Source: Trichoplax adhaerens (lineage: Eukaryota > Animalia > Placozoa). Taken from it: a DNA stretch of 64,000 nucleotides. Below the pieces are notes generated by a model that was not told the origin of the DNA, did no database searches, and worked only from the letters and a program-made list of their open reading frames with translations. Where the stretch lies: assembly GCF_000150275.1 (NCBI RefSeq), contig NW_002060957.1:794445-858444 (forward strand). The letters run 5' to 3'. A program made the translations under genes and the position numbers. Positions 56,201 through 64,000 of the stretch are shown here, piece by piece. Every line of letters begins with the position of its first letter. The stretch's first letter is position 1.

Positions 56201-59200
56201 CGATGCTCTTTCGACAATTAATCAATAATTGCTCAACTACATTAAATTGACCTGTATTTTATGACAATAATTTATAGTTATGGATCACATGAATCAATCT
56301 ACAGTCAATCTTCCCCTCCAACTCTATTCCTGTTGCAATGATAAAATAGAAATAGAGTTGTTTATGCATAGAATATACGAGGCCATTGACTGCCACCAAG
56401 ACAATGTCGGCAATCTAGTCGTGCCTAATAATAAATATTAAGCAGTAATTAATGAATTACTCATCAATAGGTGAAAATGAGCATAATTAAATGTTTTCTT
56501 GTTTTTTATCGTGCGCACGACTTAAATTTCCAGTTAACAGATTCCTATTACGACAAAGTTTATACACTACATTGGCTATGAAGACATCAAAAGTTAATAA
56601 TTGTACGTTAAAACTACAGTATACTGATCACTATTTCAACTATTTATTTGATGCATTTACTTGGTTTAAAAAGATCTCTTCAAAGTGATTTATTGCATTT
56701 TTTATACCGTATAATTGAATCACGTTACAATTCCTTTTTCATATTAATTAATTAATGGCCTTATTTTTGCTTGTAATTGTATCTACAAACGGTACTACAA
56801 GCTCATCTTACTCCAATTTGATGTTGTGTGAAGTAAGAATAAATACAGTAAAGCGATCAGTGATAAAAAAATAATTCCAAGCATAGGGCTTATAGGAATA
56901 GACTTTACTAGGATAGAATATGCAATAATGTTAAAAAGCAGGTCTTATCCAGGTTAAAATAAGATGATTGTATCTTTTTTGGTCATGCCTGCAGTTTATA
57001 GCAAGTACTTACAATTCGTATCATTATTCGTATTACTCTGCTGATATCACAAAATAAAGTATGGAGGTACATTGACTACTAGGCAAGCAGACACAGCAGT
57101 ACGGTATCTTTCCGGTAGCCTAGAACAGATTAAAGCTCCCTTATTTTTTGAAATACTTCCGTCTTCAGATGGAATAATTATGATCATTGAGTACTAGTAA
57201 ATGGGGAAGAGGATCCAAATTATTAATACTATTTCTCAAAATCACATTTTTAAAGCTTTTTTACAATGCAGCCAATGTAATTACCTAGTCAGAATAGAAG
57301 AAATAGGCTATGGTTATGCTTTATTAATTAGTCAACAGGGGCATACAAATCGTAATTGCTAATGGAGTTGTTAAAGACAAAGAAATCTACAATAGAGTTA
57401 TACATTACTAAGTACTGTTTGATCAAATGATTGCTGGTTGATAAAATCTTAAAGACCGCTTTGTTAGCTAAAACTTTTATAGCGAAATCCATTGACTGTA
57501 AGCATTATTATGCCAGAAATGCAGTTTTACTTGAAGTATAACGCTAACCAAAACGTGGCTTTTACTTCAAAGAGATTCCACTTTCCATTTATAATCCATG
57601 CTCAATAAAAGATGCTTCTTTAAGTCAGGCATAACTTTTCGTATTCACACCTCTGCTAAAATTATACTTATTTAAGATCAGCTGATAGTAAAAGAAAAGA
57701 AGTATAGTTCCAAGCTATCCTCATTGATTATAATTTCTCGCTTCTGTCAGTGAATTTATTAAACATTCTATTCATATAAGAAGAAAAAATGTGGTCATAT
57801 TTGAATCAATGGTGTACACTATGCAGGTCGTAAATTCTTGGAGACTAGGGAATGCTTTCTCCTAGCAATTTAAATCATGATAGATAGTATTTGCTATAGG
57901 AGTTGATCCTTTAGTCTCAGTTGTGCCCGTATATTGTCAATACTAATGCAGTAATTTAATATCACTTTTCTCTGAGAATGATATAGTAGCTCCTGCTAAT
58001 CCAGTTGCTTTGACTAATTGCGCAAATTTTAAATGATAAATTAGTGATAGTGTAAGTTTTTTTTACTTAGAATACTTTGGCTGATGTAGTCGAGGAAGTT
58101 ATGCATAAATCATCGTTAAGTGCTGCAACCAGTAATGAAAGTACACAAGAAGAAAAAAAAGAGAAAAAAATTCTATATCCCATCAAGGGTGTTCCTTATA
58201 CCTTAGATATTAATTTGCGTGAAGGTGCCAATTTGATCGCCAAGGATTTATCAGGTAAACTCAGCAGATATATCGCATCATTATTAACAATAAAGAAGTT
58301 TTTCTATTTCTACTGACCCGATAAACACAATTCCAATTCTGTTAGTCAAGAATTAATTAATCATGAATTTCATTAGGTTTATTAATAATATTAATATATT
58401 ATAATGCAGCTGTACAAAATGGGCGTACATCGCTCATTCTATACCTGTAGGTTAAAGCGGAATTATAGAGTTAGGCGGCAATTGCTTTTAATATTGTTAA
58501 ACGGATAAACTAAAGATAGGATAGCGTTATTATTCATCGATCGTTACAACGTTAGTTATTATAAATCCGTTGTCTTAAAACAAAATTTGCAGCTGTAATA
58601 ATGCTAGCATTCAAGTAATCTATTTAAAAAGAGAACAAAATTACGATTTCGAATTTAAAGTGATCACGAATGGTGACGTTAATCGTGAACTCTGTCATTG
58701 AAATTAACAATGAAAACACTCAAAATGAGGATAGAATTGTCACTAAGTTAGCTAACATTCTTATTTCTTGTTATCCTTTCTTATTTGTGCAGGAACAAGC
58801 GATCCCTATGTCAAATTTCGCTATAACAATAAGCTATTGTATAAAAGTGCTACCATCTATCGTGATCTACGACCTCGTTGGTATGAAAAGTTCTCTCTGA
58901 ACATAGAAGATGTTAGTAAATTTCTTTACCTCAAAGTTTATGATTACGACTTTGCTCTGAAAGACGATTTTATGGGTGAAGCCTATGTGGATATGGCTAC
59001 ACTGGAGTTAGAAAAGTAAGAAATGGCATCATCGTAGTGTTTATAATTGCCATAATAAATGCCTTTGTATTGAAAAATTAATCTATTCTGTTCAATTTTG
59101 GCTTTTAATTTACCGCATTTAAACGATAGAAGATCGTTTTCTTTTAATAGTTACATCGATTATTATTCGGCTTTCATTATTCTTAATACTGATTGAATTG

Positions 59201-62200
59201 TTTCATGAACATTGCTCAGCTTAGTATCATTCAATTGTTGTGTAAAGTTTAAAGTTTAAAACTGTTTTACTACATTAGCTACATCTTTCACAAGCTATTT
59301 GCTCAAGACTAGTAAACTAATAGCACCTTGTACTAATATCAAAGAATAATACTTGTATATGCCACTCCATTTTTGGATAAAAATTTGGTAGATTAGTACA
59401 ATTTGCAGCGTGACATAACATTAATATTCCTTTTTTTACTTTATTACCTGACTATGCATTGTCCAAAATCAATATCTTATAATCACTAGTATTTTAATAG
59501 ATTATCTTAAACTAATTACTTGAGTCGGTTTTGCTTTGTATCGTTAGGTAAGGATTTCAACTGTTATGTAAAGTTCTTATGTGATTAAATTACAGCATAA
59601 ATATAGATAAATACGCGTATTTACTATGTGTTGTATAACAATTAACAGCTTTACTTAATTCGATATTTTCGTCAGTAAAAATAGGTAATTATCAATTTGT
59701 TGATTCAGCCACAGCAATTTATTATTATGACTCTCTCTCTGTTAAGGATAACCGAGATTAAATTAAAGCTAGAAGATCCAAATGCAGCTGGAAAGGACTT
59801 AGGCTATCTATTATTAACATTGACATTGACGCCAAAGAGAGAAATGAAAGAGGTAAATCAGAATGTTATGAACCAGTTATAACACATTTTGGATTGATCA
59901 TTATGTCTAATGTTTACTATAAATTCGAATGATACGCAACACAATTGAAAATCTTATGTAAAGCTATAATATTAAAATATTAAGCATCAACAACATCTGC
60001 ATCGTACATTTACTTCATGCATCAAGTTTCACATACGGTCAGATAACGCATCTTGTATATCATCATCATTTCATTAAAGATATAATGTCTACAGTTGGTA
60101 ATGTACTATAATTGCTAGATATATCGCGTTTTCCCTTACTGTTTGTTTTAATATAGTATGATTAATCTGAAGTAGTGATTTTTCCATCGTTTTTATCTTA
60201 AAAAATTTCTAAATACTGCAGAGATCAGTGAAAAGCTAATATTAAGTTATATTCTAGTACTAATTAAATCAGAGTTGCAAATACCAACCTGGCTCTTAGT
60301 GCTTAATAATATTTGGAATATTTTCTATGACTACCGTATCTACAGTATGACTCTACACCCGAACTGTAATTATTCCACATAGCTCTATAATAAGAACTGA
60401 CTTATTCAAGAATTTCAATCAATCGACATAGTAACAGAGCAAGCATTATCAATCTACTACTTGTAATGAAATTAAGATATCCTCCGTATGCTCGTTATTA
60501 TCCCATGAGTACCGATGTTATTATTCTTATCGGAACATAATATGCCAAACTACGCCCCATTGCTATAATCGTATTACAGTACTTTAACCCGTATTATGTT
60601 TAAAGTTAACCATATTGTATCATGAAACAATAATTTAAAGCATTTTGACACCAATTCGGAGTCAACGCTAGCGAACAATAAAATGGAGATAATCATTTAT
60701 AAATGTAAACAGCGAATTTAGATGGGTTACTGTAAGTATGGTGTTTACGTAGTCACGTTCTAGCAATTTCTCATATTTTGCTATATGTAGCCAATGACAT
60801 CATCATCACTGCACTTTTAAGAGCAATGGCTTATCATCATATTGTTTCCCTCCTATTTAATTATAGTTATGCACAGCATCATACATTTTGTCGCCGTATG
60901 CCTGTGTCCAGAAACTAATGCCAAATTTTAATTTACTATTTCACATTAACGTTACTTTTGCAACGAGTCCGAGCAACTGCTGATGATTTTATCCTTAAAT
61001 ACGTATTTAAAACTTACTTGAGCTATTTCTGTAGTCAAATAATAATTGCATGCTTAACCAATCGAAAAGTAATTTCGCAAAGATAAGAATGGTAACTTCA
61101 ACTGAATCTCCGCCGACTTCTAATGAGTTAAAATCAACTTTTCATCCTAGACAAGTATATCTAATATGTTGTGTTTTTATGAATATCAATCTTGAATAAC
61201 TGTAATTCATATATCTCTTCATATGAATAAAAAGCCCAGAATGCAATACTTCTTATCTAGTAACTAGTTTATTGCAAGCATAAACTATCAAGAACAGTTC
61301 AGTTCATATGATAATTAAGGCTAAAGATGTAAATAGGTATTCGATAAGGTATAAAGTAGTAAAAAGACAAGCAAGATTACTGCTCTTTACATCTCTGTAG
61401 CTCGTAGAAAAAAGACAAAACTTGCTAGAGCAGGATTTTTATGGAATAGGTAATTTGATATTATCCGGTAGCGCGGTAGTTGTCACTGCAAATATTGAAA
61501 AGTAAACCGTGATATACCTTTCTTATTGATATTCTATATATTGATGTATGTGTTTGCGTTCTATTTTAAATCTTATTTCCTTCCTACTAAAACTACCTAT
61601 TGCCTATTTATTGATGACATAAGACTATCAAGCTTATCATTAATATAGCATTCTATAGTTAGATATTTATTATAGCTGTTTAAATTGTGCCGTAACATTT
61701 AATATTATACGCACAATTTATATATTATTTACCAAAGGCAAAATCAAAGTCCTTAATAAGCACTCTAACACGTGGAAAATCAAAAAAGAAGATTGAAACT
61801 TCGGGCGTCGTTGATATAACAACCAAGAAACCTAGATCGCAGCATTCATGCGATTGCGTTTTGAATGTTGTACTATTAGAGGGTAAAAATCTGATGGCCA
61901 TGGATGATAACGGTAAATAGCTCTTAAATCGTAGTATAGAGTAATGCTATCTATCAATTTCTTAATACTGGTTCTTACCCATACTGAAATTATTATAGCA
62001 GTAAATAAGATACCATACTGACAGTACTAATATTTTTCAATCATCTCTATCAAATTAGGTAAAAGTGATCCCTATTGCAAGCTTAGAATCGGAAATGAAA
62101 AATTTAAAAGCAAGGTAGCTTTCAGATTGTAATTTAATAACTTGCTATCAAGATATAGTATAAATTAATCTGATTGTATTGCACAGACTTGTAGCAAGAC

Positions 62201-63994
62201 TTTAAATCCAGTTTGGAAAGAAGAATACGAATTTCATATTTACTATGACCAAACAACTATATTTGAACTGGAGGTTTACGATTACGATATGGCATCAAAG
62301 GATGATTTCATGGGAAAGTGAGTAAATGACCCTTTATTCGAGTATTTGCGCATTACTAGCCAGCACATGTTGGGCATTATTATTTTTTAAATAAAACGAA
62401 ACATTTTAAGATACAAATTCATAATAATTGACAATGACAGAGTTGAACTAGACGTGCTAGCATTACCAAAAGAAGACACCGTACGTATGGAGTTAGAACT
62501 AGAGGGAGGCGAAGGATTAATTTTACTACTTCTTACATTAACGGGATTTAATGATGGCAACAACATGACTGACGAGGATTTGGCTGGAAAGGAAGTTACT
62601 GACCCTAAAAGAATTGAAGACTTGGAAGATAAATATGTCAGTTTAATAATAGATGTTTTAATTTTTGACGATCAAAGATCAAGGCTTAAATTAATTTCTG
62701 TTGATAATGCAGGCACTTTCAAAGACATTTAAAGATAAGGCTGATATAGGCTATTTAATTATGAAAGGTTATTTCTAGAAACGATATTTAAGCAATTATA
62801 CATATCGATAATGATATGCAAAATCGAAAGTATAAATACTACTAGGACCAGAATTGAAGATGTATCATATTTATATTTAATTTTTAGTCATAAGAGCAAA
62901 GGAGTTACCCGCTGCTGACTTTGGAGGTAAATGTTTATTACTGACGACCGTTCACATCACCTTGGAATGTAAAATCGCGAATACTTCATTATAGGGAATA
63001 GTGATCCTTTTGTTATAGCTGAAGTTCGTAATAGAAGAATTCAAACACCTACAGTTTATAAAACTATTAATCCAGAATGGGGCAAAGTTTACCAATTGTA
63101 AGTCTTTTCATTTTAGCATATCGTTTATTGTGTCTTGTAACCTACGCATTTATGCTATGCGTCTACATCATCATTCTTCTGTGAAAACTGACGATACTTT
63201 TACTACGTTACTTTTATGCTTTAAGTGGAATCAAAGATATTCACGACATCGTTAAAATAAGCGTTTACGATGAAGATAAGGCTAAGAAAGAATTTTTGGG
63301 GAAATGCATGATACCCTTACTAGATGTATGTATAATTTATAGTGCTTCATAACGAGCTTATAAGGAATAGTTTATTACTATAATGTGGAAACTGAAATTT
63401 CTTTGTGATCGTTGGTTAGGTTGAATCTGGCGTCAGAAAATGGCATAACTTAAAGGATCGAAAATTTCGCGATAAAGCTAAAGGTCAAATTGAAATAGAA
63501 ATGACCGTTGTGTATAATCCGGTAAATTTGTAGCTAAATATCCGCATATTCTAGATAATGATTACTTTATAGCCTCTGTAAACATGTAATATGCTAACTT
63601 TTATCATCGTGGAACGGATGTCTAGATCAGAGCGGCTCTGCGCACCTTTAAACCTAGAGAAGAATATTTCTTGGAAGAGGAAATAAAGTTTAAACGTCAG
63701 GTATATATTTTATTACTAATAAATTTACAATATAATATGTTATGAACTTTACCCTTTCAGATAAAAGTGATAATTATCTATTATTTAAAAGTGATAATTA
63801 TCTATTATTTTACACACTACTAAGCAGTTCAAGAACTTATTTCTAAGATTTTTATATTATTATTGATCATATAGCTCCTCGTAAGGAATCTGAAACGTGT
63901 TGGTGGATTGGTAAAAGCGATAGTATCTTTTGGTGGTAGTATAAAAGATCTTTTTGAATGGAAACGAAAATCGAGGAGTGCCATTGCATTCATG
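50299..63994 (+). CDS. MCTP: Multiple C2 and transmembrane domain protein (5' part; continues past the window end)
   Basis: First exon 50299-50443 or 52902-52941, then 54145-54728, 58071-58254, 58793-59015, 59747-59852, 61738-61912, 62059-62114, 62187-62317, 62441-62636, 62713-62767, 62888-62926, 62995-63097, 63226-63325, 63420-63521, 63626-63700, 63875-63994. Three C2 domains ([28 protein letters not shown]), followed by [31 protein letters not shown], which is typical of MCTP1/2. Confidence 0.9.
51269..51687. repeat. Two-copy tandem duplication, ~213-bp period, in an MCTP intron
   Basis: ctaaatgctgtaatccctagttatg...gttttgtgtgggactagttgcagttaaa...caggttgatcccattaaaaatgctgtctagtt occurs at 51269 and 51482. 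Confidence 0.9.
63763..63810. repeat. Perfect 24-bp x2 intronic tandem duplication
   Basis: aaaagtgataattatctattattt occurs twice in a row. Confidence 0.85.
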
Positions 63995-64000
63995 GTAAAT

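Overview
AT-rich eukaryotic (animal) genomic DNA with GT-AG introns, most of them short, and one assembly gap (16081-16221). Composition and compact gene structure resemble a non-bilaterian such as a placozoan (inference only). Exon structures were read by hand. (1) A minus-strand secreted prepropeptide exon (signal peptide plus acidic pro-region, 3446-3625) is followed by a ~250-bp tandem array. The best-conserved part of each unit is a branch point, an AG acceptor, a 3-nt exon and a GTAAGT donor. The four intact 3-nt exons are CGT/CGC, so each would add one Arg; this is the most unusual feature of the window. (2) A cluster of decayed elements with long terminal inverted repeats (12.4-15.5 kb). 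(3) Two tandem paralogous 7-exon genes, each encoding a ~12-TM protein built from three MS4A/CD20-like modules. (4) A ~410-bp MITE-like palindrome. (5) Neutral sphingomyelinase SMPD2 (minus), divergent from (6) the RecQ helicase BLM (plus), with an E2F+CHR element upstream of BLM. (7) An MCTP gene with two candidate first exons, running off the right end.
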